From Dehalococcoidia bacterium (GTDB lineage: Bacteria > Chloroflexota > Dehalococcoidia > Lucifugimonadales > UBA3495), in contig OZ244811.1 in NCBI GenBank assembly GCA_965220105.1, positions 1,987,136 through 2,051,135 of the forward strand: a stretch of DNA of 64,000 bases, written 5' to 3'. Below are positions 50,808-61,017 of this stretch, one piece after another. A model generated the notes under the pieces. The model was not told where the DNA came from and made no database searches. It saw only the letters and a program-made list of their open reading frames with translations. Made by a program: the position numbers and the translations under genes. Each line of letters starts with the position of its first letter. Positions within the stretch are counted from its first letter, which is position 1.

Positions 50808-52205
50808 CTATTCCGTGGACAGGAGGGCTGCCAGCTCTCGCACGTCCTCCATTTCGTCCAGCGATTCTATGGCGGCGATGATTTGTTGCTGGCGTTCCGG
50901 GCTGATGACCGTTGCGGTAAGGACGGCGAACTTCTCTTTCATTTCGGCCCACGACAGGGCATTCTCCGGGTCGCCCTTGGGGTATCGGATGTCGCTGCGC
51001 AGGCGGCGTCCGTCGGCGGTGGATACCTCAGCCCAGGCGCGAAACTCGCGGGGGAAGTGGGCGTCCAACTCCGGGTCGGTCACACACTTCACCCGCGGCA
51101 GGATGCGGCTTATCTCCGGGCGGTCAGGCACCCCGTCGGCGTATTCCTCCAGCGACGCGCGGCCATAGGCCAAGGCCACCGCCGCGCCGAAGGGCATGGA
51201 GAACTGCATATCCACGACTGTCTTGGGGTTGGCCTTGTCCTCTTCTGGAGACGCTACCACCTTGAAACCGCCGCTGAGTACTCCGACGGTCACTTCCTCG
51301 ACGTCATCGGCCTCCAGACCATGGGTGTTGCGGATGTCTATCAGGCAGTCTATGGGTCCCTGCTTGTAACGGCAGCAAGCATGGGGCTTGATTCCCGTGC
51401 GGGTAATCAGATATTCGTCCCCCAGGTCTTGCAGCACCAGCGACATGTCGGGGTTGCCGGAATAGGCTTGCAGGAAGCCGTCGCGCCCCTCGAGGATGGT
51501 GGTGGGGCCGGTGTAGCCGGAGCGGGCCAGCAGGGCTGCCCAGGAACCGCTGTGCGACGCCCAGCCGGGATGGAATCGCTTGGTCCAGGCTCCCTGCGCC
51601 AGGTATTCCATGCTGCCGGCGGTCTGGCTGCCCGCGATGCCCAGGGCGTGGATGAAGTCGTCGCCCTGCAGCCCCAGCAGCCGCCCGGCCACCACCGCAG
51701 CGCCGAAAGCCCCGCAGGTGCCGGTGGGATGGAAGCCTCGCCCGTAATGCTCGGCAGGCTGCAATGCGCGGCCCAGCCGCACGATGACGTCGTACCCCGC
51801 AACCACTGCGGCGATGAAGTCCTTGCCCGACACATGGGCCAGGTCGGCCATCGAAAGGGCGGTGGGAAAGGCCACCACGCCCGGATGCAGCGACGCCTCG
51901 TTGTTCACGTCGTCCATCTCTATGCTGTGAAAGGCGATGCCGTTGGCCATCGAAGCGTACTCCGGCAGCACTCGATAGGGCGTACCGACGACCACCGACG
52001 GCCCGGAGCGGTCCAGCCGCTGCAGCGCATCAACGACAGCGTGCGCCGAGCCGGTGGTGGAGCCGTTGAGCGTAACTGCGGCGAAGTCCAGGCACAGGTA
52101 CTTGGCCCAGTCGATCACCTCCGGCGACAGATCCTCGTACTCGAGCGCCTGCGCGAAGCTGCCTAGGGCGCGGGTCATGCCGGTTTCGTTGTTGTTCTGA
52201 ACCAT
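50808..52205 (-). CDS. MmgE/PrpD family protein
   Basis: 465 aa. KYLCLDFAAVTLNG, NGIAFHSIEMDD, FHPT and WASHSGSWAALLA. GGAGG lies 9 nt before the ATG. Confidence 0.9.
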   Translation of the reverse strand: MVQNNNETGMTRALGSFAQALEYEDLSPEVIDWAKYLCLDFAAVTLNGSTTGSAHAVVDALQRLDRSGPSVVVGTPYRVLPEYASMANGIAFHSIEMDDVNNEASLHPGVVAFPTALSMADLAHVSGKDFIAAVVAGYDVIVRLGRALQPAEHYGRGFHPTGTCGAFGAAVVAGRLLGLQGDDFIHALGIAGSQTAGSMEYLAQGAWTKRFHPGWASHSGSWAALLARSGYTGPTTILEGRDGFLQAYSGNPDMSLVLQDLGDEYLITRTGIKPHACCRYKQGPIDCLIDIRNTHGLEADDVEEVTVGVLSGGFKVVASPEEDKANPKTVVDMQFSMPFGAAVALAYGRASLEEYADGVPDRPEISRILPRVKCVTDPELDAHFPREFRAWAEVSTADGRRLRSDIRYPKGDPENALSWAEMKEKFAVLTATVISPERQQQIIAAIESLDEMEDVRELAALLSTE

Positions 52206-52223
52206 GGCTGAGGACCTCCATCA

Positions 52224-52242
52224 AGTATTACAACGACGGTTC
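52224..52242. repeat. Solo 19-bp IS701 terminus
   Basis: AGTATTACAACGACGGTTC matches the IS701 IR. No further IS701 sequence lies on either side. It sits 19 nt upstream of the MmgE/PrpD start codon. Confidence 0.5.
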
Positions 52243-52309
52243 TCAAAATACTATTCGTCGTGCCCGACCAGTTCGAAATAAGGTAACATACTCGCCAAAT
52301 CCAGCCCGC

Positions 52310-53488
52310 CTACAACCCCGACTCGTACAGGAAGTCGCCGGTGGGGTAGTTGTTGAGCAGATGGCGGGAGATGACCAGGCGCTGAATCTCGTTGGTTCCC
52401 TCGCCGATCATCATCAGCGGGGCGTCGCGGAAGTGGCGCTCCACCGTCAGGTCCTGGGTGTAGCCGTAGCCGCCGTGGATGCGCATGGCGTCGATGGCGA
52501 CCTGCATACACATCTCGCTGGCGAACAGCTTGGCCATTCCTGCCTCCATGTCGGCGCGCTCGCCCCGGTCCTTCTTCTCGGCGGCGTGGAGCACCATCAG
52601 GTGGGCCGCCTGTATCTGGGTCGCCATGTTGGCCAGCATTATCTGCACGCTCTGGTGTTCTCCGATGGGCTTGCCGAAGGTTTGGCGCTGCTTGGCGTAT
52701 CGCGTGGATTCTTCTAGCGCGGCCCGCGCCACACCGAGGCAGCGGGCGGCAACATTGATGCGGCCCAGCTCCAGCCCGCTCATTATCTGGTAGAACCCCT
52801 TGCCCTCCTCGCCGCTGACCAGATTCCCGCCGGATACGCGGTAGTCCTCGAAGGACAGCTCGCAGGTATCCACGCCCTTGTAGCCCAGTTTCGGTATGTC
52901 CCGCACCACGTTGAAGCCCGGCCCCTTCTCGGCGATGAAGATGCTGATGCCGCGCCGGGGCGGGTCGGCGTTCGGGTCGGTCTTGGCGACCAGGGCGAAG
53001 GTGTTGCCGTGGCGCCCGTTGGTAATCAGGCTCTTGGCCCCGTTTACCACGTATTCGTCGCCTTCGCGGACGGCGCGAGTCTCGATGGCCTGGACGTCGC
53101 TGCCCGCGTTGGGCTCGGTGATGCAGATGCCGCCTCGCTTCTCGCCGGTCGCCATCAGGGGCAGGAATCGCTCCTTCTGCTCCAGTGTTCCGTGGGTCGT
53201 GATCATGTAGGCCATGATGAGGTGGGAGTTCAGTATCCCGCTCAGGCTCATCCATCCCCGGCAGATTTCCTCGATGACCAGGGCGTAGGACGTGACATCC
53301 AGCTCAAGCCCACCGTACTCTTCGGGGATCACCGCGCCGAACAGGCCCAGCTCCTTCATCCGCTCCACCAGCTCGAAGGGGTACTCGTCGGCGTGTTCCA
53401 TTTTCTGGGCGACAGGTTGGACTTCCCTGCGGACAAACTCTCTGATTGTGGCGACCATGCCGCGCTGCGCTTCAGTCAATTGAGGCAA
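52310..53488 (-). CDS. Acyl-CoA dehydrogenase
   Basis: LTEAQRGMVATIREF..., ITEPNAGSD and GGYGYTQDLTVERHFRDAPLMMIGEGTNEIQR. Start taken as TTG 53488, 5 nt after AGGAG; the track ORF extends to 53575. Confidence 0.9.
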   Translation of the reverse strand: MPQLTEAQRGMVATIREFVRREVQPVAQKMEHADEYPFELVERMKELGLFGAVIPEEYGGLELDVTSYALVIEEICRGWMSLSGILNSHLIMAYMITTHGTLEQKERFLPLMATGEKRGGICITEPNAGSDVQAIETRAVREGDEYVVNGAKSLITNGRHGNTFALVAKTDPNADPPRRGISIFIAEKGPGFNVVRDIPKLGYKGVDTCELSFEDYRVSGGNLVSGEEGKGFYQIMSGLELGRINVAARCLGVARAALEESTRYAKQRQTFGKPIGEHQSVQIMLANMATQIQAAHLMVLHAAEKKDRGERADMEAGMAKLFASEMCMQVAIDAMRIHGGYGYTQDLTVERHFRDAPLMMIGEGTNEIQRLVISRHLLNNYPTGDFLYESGL

Positions 53489-53689
53489 AACCGCTCCTGA
53501 AACCGGGCTGATTTCCTGGCGGCATTTTATCACGCGCCGGGCGCAGCCAAGTTTGACACCCCAAGGGCGGCGCACTAAACTCGCCTGTAACCGCGTTGCC
53601 TGACAATCATCGGCGAGTGTTTTATTATGAAATGATGGCAGCCGCGTCCGCTTTCGCTTCCCAAATGCTCAATATAGTGAGGTATCGCA

Positions 53690-54148
53690 ATGCCGGACAA
53701 GCCAGAATACATAGACCTGCTCAACGACATTCGCCTGCAGGAGCACCGGGCTGGAGTCTTCCTCAAGGCGTGGGCCGATAAGACCGAGCATCCGGGGCTG
53801 AAGGGCTGCCTTTCTCTGGTAGCCGAGCGCGAGACCAGCCACGGGGACATCTTCGACCGGCGCATTCGTGAGTTGGGCGGCGCCCCCGAGGACAAGGACG
53901 ACGCCATGTTCGCCGAGCGGCTGCGCGTGGCCGGTTCGGAAATGACCGACAAGGAAAAGATCGTCTGGATGCGCGAAGCCCAAACTCGTGTAACCCTGCC
54001 CACTGTGCGCCAGCGCTATGAGGCTGCCTCAGTTGATGAGTCTGTCGACCAGCTGACACGTTCTCTGATCAAGTGGTTCACCGAGGTGGAGGACGACTCC
54101 GGCGCCTCCATGCGGGCGGTGTACGCCGAGATCGAGCGGGAGGACTAA
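53690..54148 (+). CDS. Hypothetical helical protein, possibly ferritin-like
   Basis: 152 aa, with GTGAGG 7 nt before the ATG and good codon bias. Helix-rich, with an ExxH-like element (ERETSHGD). The family assignment is a guess. Confidence 0.45.
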   Translation: MPDKPEYIDLLNDIRLQEHRAGVFLKAWADKTEHPGLKGCLSLVAERETSHGDIFDRRIRELGGAPEDKDDAMFAERLRVAGSEMTDKEKIVWMREAQTRVTLPTVRQRYEAASVDESVDQLTRSLIKWFTEVEDDSGASMRAVYAEIERED

Positions 54149-54152
54149 CCGG

Positions 54153-55265
54153 ATGAAATTCGGGGCCTTCTTCGTGGGCCAGCGCCCCCTGCTGCACGAG
54201 CAATACGCCGACGAGAGCAAGATCAATCCCAACCCGGTCAGCCGCACCGACGTCGAGGTCTACGAGGACATTCTGCGCGGCGCGGAATTGGCGGAGGAAC
54301 TGGGCTTCGACTCGGTGTGGATTGCCGAGCACGCTTTCAGCGAACACAGCATCATCAGCTCGCCCCACAGCCTGCTGGCCGCCATCGCCGCCAAGACCAA
54401 GCGGGTCAAGGTGGGCGTGGCCTGCACCATAGTGCCGTGGCACGCTCCACTGCGGCTGGCGCAGGACCTGGCCACACTGGACATTATCAGCCAGGGACGC
54501 CTGATTGTCGGGGCCGGCCGCGGCTACCAGAAGCGGGAGTTCGACATCTATGGCCTGGACATCGCCGAATCCCGCGACCGTTTCATCGAGGGCATGGACA
54601 TCGCTGTCAGGTCGTGGACGGAGGACACCTTCTCCTACGACGGCGACTATTTCAGCTTCCCGGAAGTGCGGGTTATTCCCAAGCCGGTGCAGCAGCCGCA
54701 TCCGCCCATATTTATGGCGGTCACTCACAGCCCGGAATCGGTAGAGATTGCCGTCCGCAACCGTTGGGGGTTGTTCACCGTGGGCAGCAGTTTCTTCCCT
54801 GCTTCGCCGGACTCTGACCAGAACCTGATTAACCTCTACCGCCGGCGGATGCTGGAAGAGGGGACGGCGCCCGATGACATCGAGGTCGCCGCCGTCCGCA
54901 ACGTTTATGTGGCTCCCACCGACGAGGAAGCCATCGAACTGCTCGTGCCGCGCCTGCAATGGGCTGGCGACATGGGGGACTTCCTGCGCCGCCCGCTCTC
55001 CGACGTTGTGCGGGCCTCAGGGGTGCGTGGCTATGAGCACTACATCCAAGACCCCTTTATCGAGCCGGATCTGGTGGCGGAGCGGGGCAAGGAAGGCATG
55101 GCAGCCATCGGCAGCCCCGAGAAGGTCACGGCAGCCATCAAGGAACTGGAAGAGAACCACGTCACCCACTTCATCAGCTACCTGGACGCCGGGGGCCTGT
55201 CCTACGACCAGGTGTCCAGCTCGCTGCAACTGTTCGCAGAAAAAGTGATGCCCAACTTCCGCTAA
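54153..55265 (+). CDS. LLM-class flavin-dependent oxidoreductase (luciferase-like monooxygenase)
   Basis: FDSVWIAEHAFSEHSIISSP, LDIISQGRLIVGAGRGY. 370 aa. The stop codon TAA (55263-55265) coincides with the first three bases of an IS1380 terminus. Confidence 0.9.
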   Translation: MKFGAFFVGQRPLLHEQYADESKINPNPVSRTDVEVYEDILRGAELAEELGFDSVWIAEHAFSEHSIISSPHSLLAAIAAKTKRVKVGVACTIVPWHAPLRLAQDLATLDIISQGRLIVGAGRGYQKREFDIYGLDIAESRDRFIEGMDIAVRSWTEDTFSYDGDYFSFPEVRVIPKPVQQPHPPIFMAVTHSPESVEIAVRNRWGLFTVGSSFFPASPDSDQNLINLYRRRMLEEGTAPDDIEVAAVRNVYVAPTDEEAIELLVPRLQWAGDMGDFLRRPLSDVVRASGVRGYEHYIQDPFIEPDLVAERGKEGMAAIGSPEKVTAAIKELEENHVTHFISYLDAGGLSYDQVSSSLQLFAEKVMPNFR

Positions 55266-55385
55266 GCCCCAATCCACCGAAGAGATGAGTGTCGCGGCGT
55301 GCTGAAGGGGTAAGAAAGTGCTCCTGTGCTTTTGGGATAATGGTTTTTGGAACAGGAAACCGACCCGAAACCAGGAGTACCCAAT
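55263..55385 (+). mobile_element. IS1380 left-end fragment (about 120 bp)
   Basis: TAAGCCCCAATCCACCGAAGAGATGAGTGTCGCGGCGTGCTGAAGGGGTAAGAAAGTGCTCC... matches the left ends at 17001 and 23300 up to just before the transposase ATG. It is then replaced by IS110 sequence. Confidence 0.8.
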
Positions 55386-56430
<1,045 letters not shown>

Positions 56431-56561
56431 CGGTTACGTAATGCGGCCCAGCTAGTCCGCATCGACCCTTCGCTCGGTATGGCGGAGTTCATATACGAGG
56501 TCTGCCATCGGTACAATCTGACGGAAAGAGAGCTCAAGGCACAGAAAGGAGAAACCAAGAA

Positions 56562-57209
56562 ATGGATACGCTCGTCAGCAGCATCGAAAAGTTTATCTTG
56601 AAACACGAGGATGCGGTGTCCGCCGCTTTGGAATACATGCTGTCGCACCACAAGTCGGCGTCTAGAGGCTTGCACTCGCTGGTGCGGAAGGGATGCGCCG
56701 ACTTCGTGCAAGTCGAAAGGTTTTTGTGCCAACATCAGGACGAGAATGGGGCTCGCCCCGACCTGGTGGGGCGCGACGGCGATGGACCCGTACGGCTGGT
56801 CATTGAAGCGAAATTTTTCGCCGGTCTCGCTGAGCAGCAGCCCAACGGATACATCGCCCTCCTACCGGAAAAGGGGCCATCGGTGCTTTTGTTCCTGGTG
56901 CTTCAGCAGAAGTTGGATACCCTTTGGCAGGTAATCTGCTCCAAAGCCCGCGAATCGCATGAGTTGTTGGAGAACGCCGGCGGCCCCGACTGACGGTGCG
57001 CGACTATCGCCGAAACGGAACGCTACCTGATGATGGCGACGTGGGGTGAACTGACAAGCTGCATGAACCTAGAAGTGGAGAATGACATTATCGCATGGGG
57101 TGGGGCAACAGATGGGCCGGAGCGCAGCAACAAAGCGGTTGCGTTCGCATTGTTCGATTACGACCTTAGGCAATTAACAAGGCTGATTGAACTGAACAGC
57201 CGCCCTTGA
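56562..57209 (+). pseudogene. PD-(D/E)XK nuclease-like protein, probably frameshifted
   Basis: GARPDLVGRDGDGPVRLVIEAKF fits a D...(D/E)xK core. After the stop at 56991-56993, plausible coding continues in another frame (..IAETERYLMMATWGELTSCM..) to 57209. Confidence 0.4.
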
Positions 57210-57544
57210 ACCTGAAATTCAATGATTGCCTTACTTAGGGGAATGGCAGACACTTTGCGGCGCTTTTGTCCCGGCGGGAGGAAGGCATCCTTGACTGGGC
57301 AAGCCTGACAATCCTCCTGCAGGGCCACATACTGGTAGGAGTGATTCCGCCGGTGGAAGGAGCCACGGCGCAGGGTCCTGCCTTGCGGGCAGACCAGGTG
57401 GCCGCCGTCAAAGGAGGCGCCCCAGCGGCTCCGCCGGAGCAGTTGCGCCGCGAATTCTGGGTTGCTGCGGAGCGGCTGTTGGCCAAACCTGATGTGTTGC
57501 GCTCGTGCATCAGGAAAGTGGGTCGTATTCAGTCGATCGTTCAT
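57158..57544 (-). pseudogene. IS1182/IS5-superfamily transposase internal fragment
   Basis: ..HLVCPQGRTL.....YQYVALQEDCQACPVKDA.. is the Cys-rich block seen in such transposases (compare CTCPAG...CWVCPLRSQC at 24890-26710). No termini. Confidence 0.45.
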
Positions 57545-57590
57545 GCGTCAGTAATAGGACAGAACCCTGGACAACAACGTTGATTACGTC

Positions 57591-58355
57591 TCAGCCGCCG
57601 AGCAGCATGGCGGCTACGGCGATGAGGGCCGCGCTGGACAGCGTTCCGATCACCACCCAGTTGCGGATGCTGAGCGGCGCCTTGCCGTCTTCCGATGCGA
57701 CCGCTGTCGCCTGCCCTGCATGGCCTGCTGAGGAGGAACTCGAGGCAGTGGCCGTTGCCCTGGATCCAGCGGAAGCTCCGGCCGTACCGCTTCTTTGTTG
57801 GTTTCCCCGTGGTGGGCTGGTGCGGCCTGGTCCGCCGGGCCGTGTGTATGTCCGGTGGCTCTGCTGCTGGTTGTCCCGGGGCTGGCGCGGGCCTGGTGCA
57901 CGGCGTCGGGTTACCGGGCGTCCGGCCTCGGCGTTCCGCAAGTCTTCTTCGAGTGCCTTGAGCCCGTGAGTATAAGCCCTAGTGGTGAGTGCCCAGTCGA
58001 GGAAGTCGCCCTTGTAGCTGTGGTCGGCGTCGGGGTGTTGGTCGGCGTACCTTATCCAGATCTCGTCCAGGTGAGCCACCTTGATCTGCTGGTGGAACAC
58101 GGTTTCCCGTCGCTGCCATTCGTTCTTTTCCCGCTCTCTGGCCCCTGCGTTTCTGCGCTGGCTCCTGCGGTCCATTTCCGCTTCGGCACGTCGGCGTTTC
58201 TCTTCGCACTCGTCGATGCGGTTGACATAGTCCCGCGCCAGCGCCGACAGTCGGCAGGCGTCGGGCCGCTGACCTTTGGATGGCGTCGGCGGCGGATGGT
58301 TTGGGCGGCGTCCCACGTGGTGGTAGGCGGCTCCGAAACTCTTTCTCTGGTTCAT
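57591..58355 (-). CDS. Tail-anchored protein with charged coiled-coil region and low-complexity linker; last gene of the triad operon
   Basis: ATG 58355 (MNQRKSFG..). ECEEKRRRAEAEMDRRSQRRNAGAREREKNEWQRRE, a Pro/Gly/Ser/Arg-rich linker, and a single C-terminal TM (NWVVIGTLSSAALIAVAAMLLGG). Strong GC3 bias. Confidence 0.6.
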   Translation of the reverse strand: MNQRKSFGAAYHHVGRRPNHPPPTPSKGQRPDACRLSALARDYVNRIDECEEKRRRAEAEMDRRSQRRNAGAREREKNEWQRRETVFHQQIKVAHLDEIWIRYADQHPDADHSYKGDFLDWALTTRAYTHGLKALEEDLRNAEAGRPVTRRRAPGPRQPRDNQQQSHRTYTRPGGPGRTSPPRGNQQRSGTAGASAGSRATATASSSSSAGHAGQATAVASEDGKAPLSIRNWVVIGTLSSAALIAVAAMLLGG

Positions 58356-58612
58356 CGTATCGCTTCCGATGCTGTCGCATTCAATACTGGTATGCCTCGA
58401 TGGCATTCTGATCGTGACCCGCATCGCGTATAGCGTTCGGGCTTTTTGGGACGTCTCACCCGCTACCTGTACTCGAATGTTTTCTGGAAGTATTCCTGCA
58501 GCTCAGGCGTGAGTGCCCCCCACTCCAGCTGCTGTGCCCGGGAAGGCTGGATGTACTGCTCGCCGTGGCTGTGGAACGGGAAGTATCCCAGCCGGATCCG
58601 GTCAGGAGACTT

Positions 58613-59410
58613 CTACGCCGGTTGGGCGCTTGAGGTGAGTCGGCCGGAGTACGGATGCTGTCCATCGCAGAGGGCCTGGTACGCGAGGACGCCCAGTGAG
58701 AAGCGGTCGTGTTCCGGCTTCCGATCGAAGCATCCGTGTCTGGCCTGGTGGCCGGGTGGCCCCTCGAGACAACCGCTGGTCCGACAGGGCGCGGACATCG
58801 TTTTGATGATCTCGGGCGGCTGGTACTCGGGTCTGCCGACCCGGCATCGGAACACGCCACCGCCCGGTTTCGGCACCTGGAATGAGTCGGCGTCCAGCAC
58901 CATGATTCGCCCGTCGGGCCAGGCCAGCAGGTTCTTGTCGTTGACGTCGCCGACGGCGTAGCCGGCGTCGTGCAGTTCTTGCATTGTGTCGGCGTACCTG
59001 ATGACTATTTGTGCCATCAGTTCCTGCATTTCGCGCCGGCTCTTCAGGCTGATTCCCCGATGTTTCTTTCGCAGTTTGCGGGAGGCGAACGAGGCGGCGG
59101 GGATGTAGCCGACCTCAGCCCGTTTCATGAGATAGCCGTGGGTCTCGCCGTCCAGGTCGGCGATCAGCCGGGCTAGCGGCCAGGCGACCGTGCTGGGCGC
59201 TCTGCCGCCTGGAGGACGGCTCACCATCTGCCTGAGTTTCTTTTCGATGTGCGGTGGACGCATTCCCCTGCGGTACACCTTGGCGACGATGTCTGGGTTG
59301 CCCGTGACCTCGTAGACCACGCCCTCGCCGCCCTCGCCAATTTGGGCGCCGAGCAGCACCCGCTGGCCGTCCGGAAGCCGGTAGGCTTCATGCTGTTGAC
59401 TCTGCTGCAT
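58613..59410 (-). CDS. Ser/Thr protein kinase (TerY-P-triad type, YegI-like), ends at an in-frame TAG
   Basis: IGEGGEGVVYEV (Gly loop), VAKVY (Lys), HDAGYAVGDVNDKNLL (catalytic loop), VLDADSF (DFG-like) and PEYQPPE. AAAGGAGG lies 6 nt before the ATG. 49 further sense codons follow the TAG in the same frame (58463-58612). Confidence 0.8.
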   Translation of the reverse strand: MQQSQQHEAYRLPDGQRVLLGAQIGEGGEGVVYEVTGNPDIVAKVYRRGMRPPHIEKKLRQMVSRPPGGRAPSTVAWPLARLIADLDGETHGYLMKRAEVGYIPAASFASRKLRKKHRGISLKSRREMQELMAQIVIRYADTMQELHDAGYAVGDVNDKNLLAWPDGRIMVLDADSFQVPKPGGGVFRCRVGRPEYQPPEIIKTMSAPCRTSGCLEGPPGHQARHGCFDRKPEHDRFSLGVLAYQALCDGQHPYSGRLTSSAQPA

Positions 59411-60248
59411 CTTCGGCCTCCTTTCCGTCGTCTGAACGGACGTTTTGCCGGTGGTGTTCCGTCTCCGGTGTCCGGTGCAGGAGGGTCGCCTGGAACATGG
59501 TGAGGTCGTCGTCGGTGCGCCGTCTCACCATGTCGCTGAGTAGCAGCCCTTGCATCTGCCGGAACGCCTTCTCCTGGCTGGGGTTGCTCTCCAGCCAGGA
59601 GAAGGTTCCGTCGAAGTACGGCGCGTGGGGCACGTTCCCGGGTTGTTGCAGCGTCAGGCTCATCATGCCGTCGGTGCAGAGCATGACGCGCTGTACCCCC
59701 GTGATCTCGTCGCTTACCGACATTCGGCAGACGGCGCCTTCCTCGGTGATGAACGATGTCTCGTTGGCGTACTCGCCGTGCTGTGGCTCACTGGTCAGGA
59801 TCCAGCCTTGATCGATGCCGACCACGCAGGCTCCGTCGCCAACCTGCGCGGACGCCGAGCGTCCGTCTACTTGGACAAACGCGGTGAGCGTGGCGGCGTA
59901 TTCCCGCAGCGGGATCCCAGACGTTTCGACCTCGCGGACCACTGCGTCGCGCGCGGCGGCGAACGTCCGGCGGAGCAGTTGGTTCAGGTCCTGATCCGGC
60001 CTCTTCGTGATCCCCGCCCAGGCGTATCCCAGAGCGGCGGCGCCGGCGGCGTGCGCGCCTGCTCTGCTCTGCTGGGCGCTGCTCGCGCCGTCGCAGACCA
60101 CGACCACGAGTCGGTCGGTTCCGGGCAGGGTTCGGTACCAGAGGGCGTCTTGGTTGGGGGCATCCCTCTTGACGTGCTTGGTTCCCGCCACACTGGCGGC
60201 AGCGACGAACCACCGGTTGACCTGGTCTAGATTTCGACTTCCAGCCAT
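59388..60248 (-). CDS. PP2C-family protein phosphatase (PP2C_2 type, YegK-like)
   Basis: ASVAGTKHVKRDAPNQDA, VVVVCDGASSAQQSRAGA, AQVGDGACVV and VMLCTDGM. The start overlaps the vWA stop by 22 nt. Confidence 0.85.
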   Translation of the reverse strand: MAGSRNLDQVNRWFVAAASVAGTKHVKRDAPNQDALWYRTLPGTDRLVVVVCDGASSAQQSRAGAHAAGAAALGYAWAGITKRPDQDLNQLLRRTFAAARDAVVREVETSGIPLREYAATLTAFVQVDGRSASAQVGDGACVVGIDQGWILTSEPQHGEYANETSFITEEGAVCRMSVSDEITGVQRVMLCTDGMMSLTLQQPGNVPHAPYFDGTFSWLESNPSQEKAFRQMQGLLLSDMVRRRTDDDLTMFQATLLHRTPETEHHRQNVRSDDGKEAEDAAESTA

Positions 60249-60958
60249 GCGCTTGGATCCTCCAGTTTAATCTTGTCGCCGACGCCGGAGTTGGGCACCG
60301 CCACCATGGAGTTGGCCAGCCATTCGAGCAGTTCGTCGTAGGCCGCCGTCTTCATGGGCTGGGTGCGGTCGGTGATCTGCCGCAGTTGCGCCTTGGTACC
60401 GTCGTACTTGGCCGCGCCGTTGAGGATTACGAAGGTGTTCACGCCTTTGGCTTTCTCGGTCTCCCGCACTCTGCGGGCAGTGGCCGGCACCTCGTGGGCG
60501 TCGCCCATCATGCCATCGGTGAAGATGAGCATCCAGGGACGGAAGTAACCCACGCCGTTGGCCCGGTAGGTGGCTTTGCGGTTCTCGATCATGTCGAGGG
60601 CGCGGTTCACGGCTTCGCACATTTTAGTGCCGCCCCCCGCGAACAGCGGGCCTGGGTTCAACTCGTCAATGGAGCTGAACTCCTGCCGCACCTCCGTCTG
60701 GTGGTTGAAGGCGACCAGCGCTACCTCCACCCGCCTGGTGGCGACCGGGTCAGCGAGCACCGTACAGCGGAACTTCTCGATGGCAGCGTTGAGCATCCCG
60801 ATGTCTTCTTGCATGGAGCCAGACACGTCAACGACAAGCGCGACGGGGCAGCGGTCATCGTTGTTTTCGGCGAAGTTGCTCATCTGCTCGAAGGCGATAT
60901 CATAGCCGTCGTTTGGTCCGAGGTAGTTTCTCTCAGGGTTCGATAGGTTCAGGGTCAT
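60227..60958 (-). CDS. vWA-domain protein (TerY / YegL-like)
   Basis: MIDAS VALVVDVSGSM, ..GGGTKM.., LIFTDG. 243 aa. AGGAGGTG lies 7 nt before the ATG. Ends in TAG. Confidence 0.85.
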   Translation of the reverse strand: MTLNLSNPERNYLGPNDGYDIAFEQMSNFAENNDDRCPVALVVDVSGSMQEDIGMLNAAIEKFRCTVLADPVATRRVEVALVAFNHQTEVRQEFSSIDELNPGPLFAGGGTKMCEAVNRALDMIENRKATYRANGVGYFRPWMLIFTDGMMGDAHEVPATARRVRETEKAKGVNTFVILNGAAKYDGTKAQLRQITDRTQPMKTAAYDELLEWLANSMVAVPNSGVGDKIKLEDPSAWLEVEI

Positions 60959-61017
60959 TTCAATTCACCTCCTGGTGACTGGCGGGTTTGGGCCTTGCTG
61001 AACGTATGTTTCATATT

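Noticed and set aside
50634-52166. 510-aa plus-strand ORF
   Set aside because: It is a shadow ORF antisense to the CoA-transferase and MmgE/PrpD genes, Arg/Gly/Ala-rich with no recognisable domain.
52251-53255. 334-aa minus-strand ORF in an alternative frame of the acyl-CoA dehydrogenase gene
   Set aside because: It is Arg/Pro/Gly-rich out-of-frame read-through. The 52310-53488 frame carries the ACAD motifs.
58613-58615. Pyrrolysine or wholesale TAG reassignment as the explanation for the in-frame ambers
   Set aside because: TAG terminates several well-conserved genes at their expected ends (970-972, 6029-6031, 60227-60229), and no pyl genes or CUA-anticodon tRNA are in the window. It is kept only as a low-probability alternative in the findings.
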